A stretch of DNA of 50,353 bases. Source: Nitrospirota bacterium. GTDB taxonomy: Bacteria; JACPQY01. Within the stretch, counting starts at the first letter, position 1; each line of letters starts with the position of its first letter. Made by a program: the position numbers and the translations under genes. Below, one piece after another: positions 8,499 to 17,262 of this stretch. The notes under the pieces were generated by a model that saw nothing but the letters and a program-made list of their open reading frames with translations, was not told the origin of the DNA and made no database searches. The stretch spans positions 1-50,353 of the forward strand of contig JACPAV010000047.1 of the NCBI GenBank assembly GCA_016180645.1, given 5' to 3'.

Positions 8499-9434
8499 AT
8501 GCAGAAGTCATGCAGGATCTTCGTTGCGGGCGGGGAAACGCTGATCGGCGGGGCCATCCTCCGGCGATTGGAACACGAGGGATTCAAGAAGGTCGTTGGC
8601 ACGCCGGGTCAGGCACCCAACGGTCGGGATGCCGCAGGATTGGACCGCTTCCTCGACCGGGAAAAACCCGAATACGTGTTTCTGGCCGCGGGAATTTCCG
8701 GCGGAATCCGCGCCAATCAGGATCGGCCGGCCGATTTCATCCGCGACAACCTTCTCGTCGAATTCAACGTCATCGACGGCGCCTATCGCCACGGCGTGAA
8801 GAATCTCCTCTACCTCGCCAGCTCCTGCTCGTATCCCAAGCACTGCCCCCAGCCGATGAAAGTCGAATCGATCCTCACGGGCCCGCTGGAACCGACCAAT
8901 GAAGCCTACGCCGTGGCCAAGATCGCCGGTCTCGCCATGTGCCGGGCTTACCGCAAGCAGTACGGCGTCCGTTTCATCCCGGCCGTTCCCGCCGACGCCT
9001 TCGGGCCAGGAGACGATTCCGATCCGGAAGGCTCCCACGTGGTTCCGGCGCTCCTGATCAAGATGCACCGGGCCAAAGCGCGCGGAGAGCCCAGCGTGGA
9101 GATCTGGGGTACGGGGAATCCCCGGCGCGAATTCATCTTTGCCGACGACCTTGCCGACGCCTGCATCCACGTCATGAACAGCTACGCGGGTGGAGACCCC
9201 ATCAATCTGGGCGGGGGGACGGAACTCTCCATCCGCGAACTTGCGGAAAGGGTCCGGGACGTTGTAGGTTTCACCGGCCAACTGAGGTACGATACGTCCC
9301 GGCCGGACGGCATGCCCTTCAAGGCGCTGGATTCCACCGTCTTGAAACAATTGGGATGGCAGCCCCGGGTGCCCCTGCGCCGGGCCCTTGAAGAAACGTA
9401 TCAGTGGTTTCTGAAGACCGGCGCGCTCGCATAG
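8499..9434 (+). CDS. fcl: GDP-L-fucose synthase family epimerase/reductase (Fcl/ColC-like)
   Basis: GGIRAN, LASSCSYPK, LEPTNEAYAVAK, SHVVPAL, WGTGNPRREF, RPDGMP. Confidence 0.85.
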   Translation: MQKSCRIFVAGGETLIGGAILRRLEHEGFKKVVGTPGQAPNGRDAAGLDRFLDREKPEYVFLAAGISGGIRANQDRPADFIRDNLLVEFNVIDGAYRHGVKNLLYLASSCSYPKHCPQPMKVESILTGPLEPTNEAYAVAKIAGLAMCRAYRKQYGVRFIPAVPADAFGPGDDSDPEGSHVVPALLIKMHRAKARGEPSVEIWGTGNPRREFIFADDLADACIHVMNSYAGGDPINLGGGTELSIRELAERVRDVVGFTGQLRYDTSRPDGMPFKALDSTVLKQLGWQPRVPLRRALEETYQWFLKTGALA

Positions 9435-9472
9435 CGAAGAGTGGCGTGAAATACTGGGTTGCGGTGTAAAGC

Positions 9473-10423
9473 ATGGAAAAACTAGAAGCCAGATTCTACC
9501 GATCGCTGTACCGGATCCGCCGCGTGGAAGAGGAAGTCGCGCGCGTGTATCCGACGGACAAGATCAAGAGCCCCGTTCACCTCTCCATCGGCCAGGAAGC
9601 CGTCTCCGTCGGCGTCTGCGAGGCGCTCCAAAAAGAGGACGTCGTGTTCGGAACCTACCGCGGCCATGCGTTTTATCTGGCCAAGGGCGGCGACCTCCGG
9701 CGGATGGCCGCCGAGTTGTACGGAAAGGCCACGGGCTGCACCAAGGGCAAGGGCGGATCGATGCACCTCGTGGACGTGTCCGTGGGCGTCATGGGCGCCT
9801 CCGCGGTCGTGGCCACCACCATCCCCCAAGCCGTGGGCTACGCGTTCGCCATGAAGGTGCGGAAGGAGAACCGGGTCGTCGTCAGTTTCTTCGGCGATGG
9901 CGCCATCGAGGAGGGCGCCTTTCATGAGAGCGCCAACTTTGCCGCGCTCAGGCAAATTCCCGTGATCTTTATCTGCGAGAACAATCTCTACGCCGTCCAC
10001 ACGCCGATCCGCGACCGCCAACCTCCGGTCCCCATCTACAGACGACTGGAGGGTTACGGAATTCCCGCCGAACGCATTGAGAACAACAACGTCGATAAAC
10101 TTTACGAGCGCGTCAAGGCGGCTGCCGATGAGATGCGCCGCACGCATAGTGGGCCCCGCTTCTTCGAGTGCATGACGTATCGCTGGAAAGAGCATGTCGG
10201 CCCGAATGAGGACTTCCAGGCCGGCTACCGCGGACGGAACGAGGCCGAACCCTGGTTTGAGAACGATCCTGTCAGGAGGATGGGGGAAAAACTGGAGGCC
10301 GGCGTCCGAAAGGAGATTGAACGGAAGGTGGATTCAGAAATCCGAGAAGCATTCGACTTCGCCGAGCAAAGCCCTTTCCCGTCTGACGAGCAATTGTACA
10401 CGGATCTCCTGGCGGGCGCCTGA
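9473..10423 (+). CDS. TPP-dependent E1-alpha-like subunit
   Basis: PVHLSIGQEA, YRGH, GKGGSMH, TPP motif FGDGA...ICENN, YRWKEHVG. Confidence 0.9.
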   Translation: MEKLEARFYRSLYRIRRVEEEVARVYPTDKIKSPVHLSIGQEAVSVGVCEALQKEDVVFGTYRGHAFYLAKGGDLRRMAAELYGKATGCTKGKGGSMHLVDVSVGVMGASAVVATTIPQAVGYAFAMKVRKENRVVVSFFGDGAIEEGAFHESANFAALRQIPVIFICENNLYAVHTPIRDRQPPVPIYRRLEGYGIPAERIENNNVDKLYERVKAAADEMRRTHSGPRFFECMTYRWKEHVGPNEDFQAGYRGRNEAEPWFENDPVRRMGEKLEAGVRKEIERKVDSEIREAFDFAEQSPFPSDEQLYTDLLAGA

Positions 10424-10424
10424 A

Positions 10425-11471
10425 ATGGACCGGACGATCACCTACGCCGACGCCCTGCTGGAGGCCACCGATCTTGAAATGACGCGTGACCCTGCCGTCT
10501 TCGTCTTCGGGATCGGCGTCCCGGATTTCAAGGGGCTCTACGGCACCACCCGCGGCCTCCTGCAGAAGTACGGGCCCGACCGCGTCTTCGACACCCCCCT
10601 TTCGGAAGATGGACTCACAGGCATGGCCATAGGGGCAGCCCTCGCCGGCATGAGGCCCATCCACGTCCACATCCGGATGGACTTTGTCATCCTGGCTCTG
10701 AACCAGATCGTCAACGTCGCGGCCAAAAGCCGCTATATGTACGGCGGCACGGTTAAAGTGCCCCTCGTCATCCGCATGATCATCGGGCGGAGTTGGGGCC
10801 AGGGGGCGCAGCACTCGCAGGCCATCCACTCGTTCTTCATGCACTGCCCGGGCCTCAAGGTCGTCGCTCCCAGCACGCCGCACGACGCGAAAGGCTGCCT
10901 GATCGAAAGCATCCGCGATGATAACCCCGTCATGTTCGTCGAACACCGGCTTCTTCACTACCAGAAGGGGCCCGTTCCGGATGGCGTCTACACGGTGCCC
11001 TTCGGAAAGGCGCGCGTACTGACGCAGGGAACGGACATCACCGTGGTCGGCATTTCCTACATGGCGGTCGAATGTCTGCGGGCGCAACGGTCGCTCCAGG
11101 AGGTCGGGATCGGCGCGGAGGTCATCGATCCCATTTCGCTCAGCCCCCTCGACATGGACACGATCGCCGAATCCGTGAAAAAAACCGGGCGGATGCTCGT
11201 CGTCGACACGGCATGGACCGCGTGTGGGGCCAGCGCCGAAATCGCCGCCCGCGTAGTCGAACGCCTGGGCGGATCGCACAAGCTCCAGGTCCAGCGCATG
11301 GGCTATGCGCCCGTCAACTGCCCCACGACGAAGAATCTTGAAAACTTGTTCTACCCGAATGGGCAGACCATCGCCTCGACCGCCTACTCGATGGTCCATG
11401 ACAACAAGAAAACGTGGTCCCCCACTTACGTGGAGGCGCCGGAAATCGTACAATTCAAAGGACCCTTCTAG
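10425..11471 (+). CDS. TPP-dependent E1-beta-like subunit
   Basis: ATG 10425 MDRTITY; RVFDTPLSE, GAALAGMRP, GAQHSQ, PGLKVVAPS. Confidence 0.9.
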   Translation: MDRTITYADALLEATDLEMTRDPAVFVFGIGVPDFKGLYGTTRGLLQKYGPDRVFDTPLSEDGLTGMAIGAALAGMRPIHVHIRMDFVILALNQIVNVAAKSRYMYGGTVKVPLVIRMIIGRSWGQGAQHSQAIHSFFMHCPGLKVVAPSTPHDAKGCLIESIRDDNPVMFVEHRLLHYQKGPVPDGVYTVPFGKARVLTQGTDITVVGISYMAVECLRAQRSLQEVGIGAEVIDPISLSPLDMDTIAESVKKTGRMLVVDTAWTACGASAEIAARVVERLGGSHKLQVQRMGYAPVNCPTTKNLENLFYPNGQTIASTAYSMVHDNKKTWSPTYVEAPEIVQFKGPF

Positions 11472-12644
11472 ATGGTGAAAAAATATCTTCTCGCGGATCA
11501 AACCATTCCCCATGCCGACATCCAGGAACTCATCGCCTGGCTGAACACCCGGCCCTGGCTGAGCCAGGGGCCGCTGGTCAAAGAGTTCGAACGCGAATGG
11601 GCGAAATGGCTTGGGACCAAGCACGCCGTCTACGTCAATTCCGGCTCCTCGGCGAACCTCCTCATGTACTACGCTTTCCTCGTTTCGAAGAAACACAAGA
11701 ACCACCGGGTCATCGTTCCTGCTGTAAGCTGGCCCACCAGCGTCGCTCCGGCCCTCCAGCTCGGCTTCCAGCCCATCATGTGCGATGCGGATGAGGAAGA
11801 CTTCGGGCTGGACATGGACTCACTCGAAAACCTCCTGAAGAAATACCGTCCCACGGCCGTCACCGCCGTCCACGTCCTGGGGGTTCCGAACAAAATGGAC
11901 CGCCTCCTCGCCTTGAAGAAGAAATACGGCTTCGCGCTCCTCGAAGATACCTGCGCGGCCTTCGGATCCCGTTACGACGGCCGCATGGTGGGAACGTTTG
12001 GCGACATGAGCACGTTCTCGCTCTTCTATGGGCACCACCTCTCCACGATTGAAGGCGGCATGGTCTGCACCGATCGGGACGATCTTTACGACATCCTCCT
12101 CCAAATTCGGAGCCACGGCTGGGCCAAAGATCTTTCGCCGGAGACCGAACGGAAGCTGGCCCGCAAGTACAAAGTGATGGAATTCAATCGGCCGTTCACG
12201 TTCTACCTCCCCGGATTCAATGTCCGGTCTACGGACCTGAACGCGAGACTCGGCCTGTGCCAGCTCCGGCGCACGGAGCACGTCATCCAGTGCCGCGTCG
12301 CGAACCACAAGATCTACCAAAGCCGGTTCACGAAAGCGCCCGGATTCCATTGCCAAAAGAACGATCGCGCGGAGATATGCAGCATCTCGTTCGTCGCTCT
12401 GGCGCCCTCGCCGAAGAAACGCGATGAGATCGCCGCGCGCCTCCGGCAGAATCAGATCGAGACGCGGCCCCTCGGCGGCGGCAACATGTCCCGCCAGCCG
12501 TTTTGGAAGGATCGGCTCGGCGCGCTCAAGCTTCCGGTGTCCGATCGGATCGCCGCCACCTGCTTCCAGCTCCCCAATCACCCGCTTCTCGAGCCCGAAG
12601 ACATCCACTTCATCTGCGATACGGTCTTAACCGGGCGACACTAG
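11472..12644 (+). CDS. DegT/DnrJ-fold PLP enzyme, ColD-like nucleotide-sugar C3 dehydratase
   Basis: VNSGSSANLL, PAVSWPT, SLFYGHHLSTIEGG (His at the position of the Schiff-base Lys), RSHGW, PGFNVR. Confidence 0.8.
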   Translation: MVKKYLLADQTIPHADIQELIAWLNTRPWLSQGPLVKEFEREWAKWLGTKHAVYVNSGSSANLLMYYAFLVSKKHKNHRVIVPAVSWPTSVAPALQLGFQPIMCDADEEDFGLDMDSLENLLKKYRPTAVTAVHVLGVPNKMDRLLALKKKYGFALLEDTCAAFGSRYDGRMVGTFGDMSTFSLFYGHHLSTIEGGMVCTDRDDLYDILLQIRSHGWAKDLSPETERKLARKYKVMEFNRPFTFYLPGFNVRSTDLNARLGLCQLRRTEHVIQCRVANHKIYQSRFTKAPGFHCQKNDRAEICSISFVALAPSPKKRDEIAARLRQNQIETRPLGGGNMSRQPFWKDRLGALKLPVSDRIAATCFQLPNHPLLEPEDIHFICDTVLTGRH

Positions 12645-12655
12645 GAAGTCTGCCG

Positions 12656-14161
12656 GTGGCCAAAAAGCCGCAACTCGATCTCCTCCTCATTCATCCGGGA
12701 AACCGGCAGCGAATCTACCAAGTCTTGGGCCGGAAGCTGTCGTCCGTCGAGCCGCCGGTCTGGGCGGGCCTGATGGCCACCTACGTGCGGCGGAAAGGAT
12801 ACAGCGTCTCGCTGATCGATACCGAGGCCGAGGGCCTTTCGCCGGAACAGGCGGCAGGGGCGGTCGCGGACGCCGCTCCCCTTCTCGTGGCCATTGTGGT
12901 GTACGGCCACCAGCCCTCCGCCTCCACGCAAAACATGTCCGAGGCCCTCGATCTGGCCGCGGCGATCAAGCAGAGAACCCCGGAACAGAAACTTCTGCTG
13001 GTCGGCGGTCATGTCGCCGCGCTCCCTGAACAAACACTGAAAGATAGCGCCGCCGATTTCGTTTCGAGCGGTGAAGGCCCGGCCACCCTGTCTTCCCTCC
13101 TGGAGGCGCTCAAATCCGTATCGCCGAACCTCGGCAAAGTTGCCGGCCTCCTTTACCGGGACAACGCTGAATTGCGGTGGGGACCGCCCTCTCCCCTGAT
13201 CCAAGAGCTGGATGCCGAGATGCCGGGAATTGCCTGGGACCTCCTCCCGATGAAGAAGTACCGGGCCCACAACTGGCACGCCCTCGGGCATCCCTCCCGG
13301 CAGCCCTACGCCTCCGTCTATACCACGCTCGGATGCCCCTATCACTGCACGTTCTGCTGCATCCAGGCCCCCTTCAAGAGCGGCGAGAAGTTCCTCGGGT
13401 ACAAGGATTCCACCAATACCTATCGCTATTGGAGCCCCAAGACCGTCGTCGACCAACTGGAACTGTTGGCAAAGGACTACGGTGTGCAACACGTCAAGTT
13501 CGCCGACGAAATGTTTGTTCTCAACAAGAAGCACGTGGAACCGATCTGCGACATGATGATCGAACGCGGCCTCAACCTGAATATCTGGGCCTACGCCCGC
13601 GTGGACACTGTGCGGGATGGGATGGTCGAGAAACTGAAGAAGGCCGGAATCCATTGGCTGGCGTTCGGCATAGAATCGGCCAACGAGCGCGTGCGGGATG
13701 AGGCGCGCAAAGGCTATGATCAGGAAGACATCTTCGAAACCCTCAATAAAGTGTGGGACGCCGGGATTCATGTCATCGGGAACTACATCTTCGGCCTCCC
13801 GGAGGACGATCTGAAGAGCATGCAGGAGACGCTCGACCTGGCGATGGAACTCAATTGCGAATTCGGAAACTTCTACGCCGCCATGGCCTATCCCGGATCC
13901 CAACTCTACAAAACAGCCCTTCAGGAGAAGTGGCCGCTGCCGGAGAAATGGTCGGGGTACTCCCAGCACGCCGAGGACTCACTCCCGCTGCCGACGAAGC
14001 ACCTCTCTGCGTCGGAGGTCCTCCGTTTCCGCGACCACGCGTTCCATGCGTACTTCCAGAATCCAAAGTATCTGGACATGGTGAGCCGCAAATTCGGTTC
14101 GGCGGCCGTCGAACATATTCACTCCATGGCCGCGCACAAACTCGTCCGCAGGTTTGCCTAG
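12656..14161 (+). CDS. Cobalamin-binding radical SAM protein (class B methyltransferase-like)
   Basis: Probable GTG start; EPPVW, GGHVAALPE, GEG, TLGCPYHCTFC, FADEMF, FGIES, YIFGLP. Confidence 0.9.
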   Translation: MAKKPQLDLLLIHPGNRQRIYQVLGRKLSSVEPPVWAGLMATYVRRKGYSVSLIDTEAEGLSPEQAAGAVADAAPLLVAIVVYGHQPSASTQNMSEALDLAAAIKQRTPEQKLLLVGGHVAALPEQTLKDSAADFVSSGEGPATLSSLLEALKSVSPNLGKVAGLLYRDNAELRWGPPSPLIQELDAEMPGIAWDLLPMKKYRAHNWHALGHPSRQPYASVYTTLGCPYHCTFCCIQAPFKSGEKFLGYKDSTNTYRYWSPKTVVDQLELLAKDYGVQHVKFADEMFVLNKKHVEPICDMMIERGLNLNIWAYARVDTVRDGMVEKLKKAGIHWLAFGIESANERVRDEARKGYDQEDIFETLNKVWDAGIHVIGNYIFGLPEDDLKSMQETLDLAMELNCEFGNFYAAMAYPGSQLYKTALQEKWPLPEKWSGYSQHAEDSLPLPTKHLSASEVLRFRDHAFHAYFQNPKYLDMVSRKFGSAAVEHIHSMAAHKLVRRFA

Positions 14162-14167
14162 ATCCAG

Positions 14168-15169
14168 ATGCGGCGCAACGCCGACGTCCCGCTCGTTTCC
14201 ATTGTCCTCTCGTTCCGGAACGAAGAGGATGTCCTTCCCGAACTGGTCTACCGCCTCACGACCGTCCTGGAAGCCCAGCGCGTGGATCACGAACTCATCT
14301 TCGTCAATGACACGTCCACGGATCGCTCCGCGGAAATTCTGAGGGACCGGACCACCACCGATCATCGCATCAAAGTCATCAACATGGCCCGCCGCTGCGG
14401 GGTATCCGAATGCGTCCTGGCGGGCATGACGTATGCCGCCGGTGACGCGGTCGTCTACATGGATGCGGATCTCCAAGATCCTCCCGAGGTCATCCCCAAG
14501 TTGATTGAGGCCTGGCGGGGAGGGGCCGAGGTGGTGAACACCGTGCGCACCATCCGGGAGGGGGAGCCCCGATACAAACTCTTCCTCACGAAAGTCGCCT
14601 ACCGGTTGATTCGCTCCGTTTCCGTGGAGCAGCGCATCGAGAGCGAAACCGGGGACTTCAAACTGATTTCCCGTCGGGTGCGTGACCATCTCCTGTCACT
14701 TAAGGAGCGACATCCCTACCTGCGCGGCCTCATCCCCTGGATTGGATACAAACAGGTTTCGGTGGAGTATGAACGGCTGGCCCGGGCAGGCGGAGTGACC
14801 CATTTCTCCATCTTCCGGTATCTGCTGAGGGACTTGGCCACGCTGAACGGTCCCTCCGGAATGCTCCTGAGGGGCATTACGTCCTTTTCCATCCTTCCGC
14901 TCGTCCTTTTTCTGTTCTTGGGAGCGGCGGTCTGTACCGGCGCGCTTCTGGCCCTCCTTGTTTTGGGGATCGGAGTCCTCATGGGCCACCCTTGGCCCGG
15001 CTCGGCAGGCTTGGCCCTCAGCCTGACCTTTCTCGGCGGCATTCAACTCGTGGGTATCGGAACCCTCGGTCTCTACCTCGGCCGGGTCTACCATGACGTT
15101 CGCGGCCGGCCCGCCTTCATCGTGGAAAGCACGATCAACATCGACAGCAGCGTCGCGCCCTCTCCATGA
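14168..15169 (+). CDS. GtrB/ArnC-like polyprenyl-phosphate glycosyltransferase (GT2 plus 2 C-terminal TM helices)
   Basis: FVNDTSTD, MDADLQDPPE, GDFKL, two hydrophobic helices, YLGRVY..VRGRP. Confidence 0.88.
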   Translation: MRRNADVPLVSIVLSFRNEEDVLPELVYRLTTVLEAQRVDHELIFVNDTSTDRSAEILRDRTTTDHRIKVINMARRCGVSECVLAGMTYAAGDAVVYMDADLQDPPEVIPKLIEAWRGGAEVVNTVRTIREGEPRYKLFLTKVAYRLIRSVSVEQRIESETGDFKLISRRVRDHLLSLKERHPYLRGLIPWIGYKQVSVEYERLARAGGVTHFSIFRYLLRDLATLNGPSGMLLRGITSFSILPLVLFLFLGAAVCTGALLALLVLGIGVLMGHPWPGSAGLALSLTFLGGIQLVGIGTLGLYLGRVYHDVRGRPAFIVESTINIDSSVAPSP

Positions 15170-16125
15170 GGGACCCATCGCCGTTCTCCCTCTCGGTGGT
15201 CTTCTCATTCCGCAATGAGCAGGCCGTCATCCCTGAGCTGATTCGAAGAGTCGAGGCGGCCCTCGATCCCCTCACGCCCCATTACGAGCTGATCTTCGTG
15301 AACGATGCGTCGACCGACGGCTCCCTGGATCTTCTGGCGGAAAGACACCATGAAGATCCCCACATCAAGGTGATCACCATGTCGCGTCGTTTCGGCGTCT
15401 ACGAGTGTCTCTTCGCCGGCCTCAACCACGCGCGGGGAGACGCGGTCATCATCATGGATGCCGATCTTCAAGACCCGCCGGAGGTCATCCCTGACATGGT
15501 CAAGCGGTGGAGGGAAGGGGCGGACGTCGTCTACACCACCCGGCTCTCCCGCGAGGGCGAGCCGATGGCGAAGATGGCCCTGACGAAACTCGCCTACCGA
15601 ACGCTTCGGTGGGCCTCCACGATCGACCTACCGGTCGATTCGGGTGATTTCAAACTGCTTTCACGCAAGGTCGTCGCCGAATTCGGGAAGCTGGGAGAGA
15701 AAGACCCCTATTTCCGGGGGATGGTGAGCTGGGTGGGATTCAGGCATGCGCAGGTCCACTACCACAGGGAGAAACGCTATGCCGGGAAGACCCAGCGGTC
15801 TCTGTTCGGTGGGGAGCCGATCAAAGTGTTCCTCGCCGCGCTGGCTTCCTTTTCCAATCTCCCGTTGCACCTGCCGCTCATTTCCGGCGGAGTCTTGTTT
15901 CTGGCCGGCTTGATCCATCTGGCCGCCATCGTCCGGCTCGTGATGGTCGGCGGTGATCCCGCGGCCTGGTCCATCATCGTATGCTGCCTCCTGCTCCTCA
16001 CGGGGATTCAGGTCGCCCTTCTGGGCCTCGTCGCCCTCTATGTCGGACGTGTCCTCACTGAAGTCCGCGACCGGCCCCGATACATCATCGAGAGCACGAT
16101 CGGGCTTGACCCTCCGTCTCTCTGA
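15166..16125 (+). CDS. Second GtrB/ArnC-like polyprenyl-phosphate glycosyltransferase
   Basis: FVNDASTDGS, MDADLQDPPE, GDFKL, YVGRV..EVRDRPRYII. Confidence 0.88.
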   Translation: MRDPSPFSLSVVFSFRNEQAVIPELIRRVEAALDPLTPHYELIFVNDASTDGSLDLLAERHHEDPHIKVITMSRRFGVYECLFAGLNHARGDAVIIMDADLQDPPEVIPDMVKRWREGADVVYTTRLSREGEPMAKMALTKLAYRTLRWASTIDLPVDSGDFKLLSRKVVAEFGKLGEKDPYFRGMVSWVGFRHAQVHYHREKRYAGKTQRSLFGGEPIKVFLAALASFSNLPLHLPLISGGVLFLAGLIHLAAIVRLVMVGGDPAAWSIIVCCLLLLTGIQVALLGLVALYVGRVLTEVRDRPRYIIESTIGLDPPSL

Positions 16126-16132
16126 AAATCCC

Positions 16133-17239
16133 TTGAAATCGAAAATCCTCCCCGCCGATCCGCGCGCCTGCTACCTCGCCCACAAGGCGGAAATCGACCG
16201 GGCTCTCCACCGGGTCGTGAACGAGGGGCGGTATATTCTCGGCCCGGAAGTGGAGAGGTTCGAGAACGAATTTGCCGCCTATCTCGGAGCACGCCACGCC
16301 ATCGGCGTCGGAAGCGGTACGGAGGCCCTCCACCTCGCCCTCCGTGCCCTCGAGGTTGGAAGGGGTGATCGCGTCATTACCGTCTCGCACACAGCCGTGG
16401 CCACGGTGGCCGCCATCGAGCTCGCCGGCGCGACACCCCTGCTCGTGGATATCGATCCCCACTCGTACACGATGGACCCGAAGGCCCTCGAGGCCGCGCT
16501 GAAAACAACCCGCGGGGCGAAGGCGGTAGTCCCCGTCCATCTCTACGGCCGGCCCGCGGCGCTCCCGGAAATCCTATCCCTCTCGCGCCAACACGGTTTG
16601 AAGGTCATTGAAGACTGCTCCCAATCCCACGGGGCGGAGATCGAAGGCCGGAGAACCGGAACGTGGGGGGATGCGGCCGTGTTCAGCTTTTATCCGACCA
16701 AGAACCTCGGCGCCCTCGGAGACGCCGGAGCCATCGTCACCAACCAGGGGACCGTGGCCGATCGCGCCCGCCTGCTCCGGGAATACGGCTGGAAAGAACG
16801 CTACGTAAGCTCCATTCAAGGGATGAACAGCCGGCTTGACGAAATCCAAGCCGCCGTGCTCCGGGTCAAACTCGGCCTCCTCGATAGGGAAAATGACCGT
16901 CGGCGGGCCGTCGCCTCCCTGTACCGCCGGCGACTCGAAGGTTCCCAGTTCGGCCTGCCTGAATCCCAGCCGAAGAGCACCCATGTCTTCCACCAGTACG
17001 TCATCCGGACCGACCGGAGGGATGAGCTTCGTGAACGGCTTTCCCGAGAGGGCATCGGCACCCTCGTCCATTATCCGGTGCCCATCCACCTGCAGCCTGC
17101 CTATCGCGACCGCATTGCGATGGGCGGAAACGGGCTCGCCAACACCGAGCAAGCCTGCGGAGACATTCTGAGCCTGCCCATGCATCCACATCTTTCCGAT
17201 GAAGATGCGCACCGCGTCGTCGCCGCTCTCCTCGGCTGA
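16133..17239 (+). CDS. DegT/DnrJ/EryC1/StrS nucleotide-sugar aminotransferase
   Basis: Probable TTG start; SGTEAL, PVHLYG, EDCSQSHG, SFYPTKNLGALGDAG (Lys retained), NSRLDEIQAA. Confidence 0.9.
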   Translation: MKSKILPADPRACYLAHKAEIDRALHRVVNEGRYILGPEVERFENEFAAYLGARHAIGVGSGTEALHLALRALEVGRGDRVITVSHTAVATVAAIELAGATPLLVDIDPHSYTMDPKALEAALKTTRGAKAVVPVHLYGRPAALPEILSLSRQHGLKVIEDCSQSHGAEIEGRRTGTWGDAAVFSFYPTKNLGALGDAGAIVTNQGTVADRARLLREYGWKERYVSSIQGMNSRLDEIQAAVLRVKLGLLDRENDRRRAVASLYRRRLEGSQFGLPESQPKSTHVFHQYVIRTDRRDELRERLSREGIGTLVHYPVPIHLQPAYRDRIAMGGNGLANTEQACGDILSLPMHPHLSDEDAHRVVAALLG

Positions 17240-17262
17240 CCCGCGCGGGGCTCCGGCCTACC

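Noticed and set aside
9473..11471. Pyruvate dehydrogenase complex
   Set aside because: No E2 or E3 gene and a purely nucleotide-sugar context.
10272..13969. Long minus-strand ORFs (477, 262, 442 aa), and similar ones at 7318-8436, 22657-23769, 36085-37506 and 48686-49891
   Set aside because: They mirror well-supported genes on the other strand, have no motifs, and are expected in high-GC DNA.
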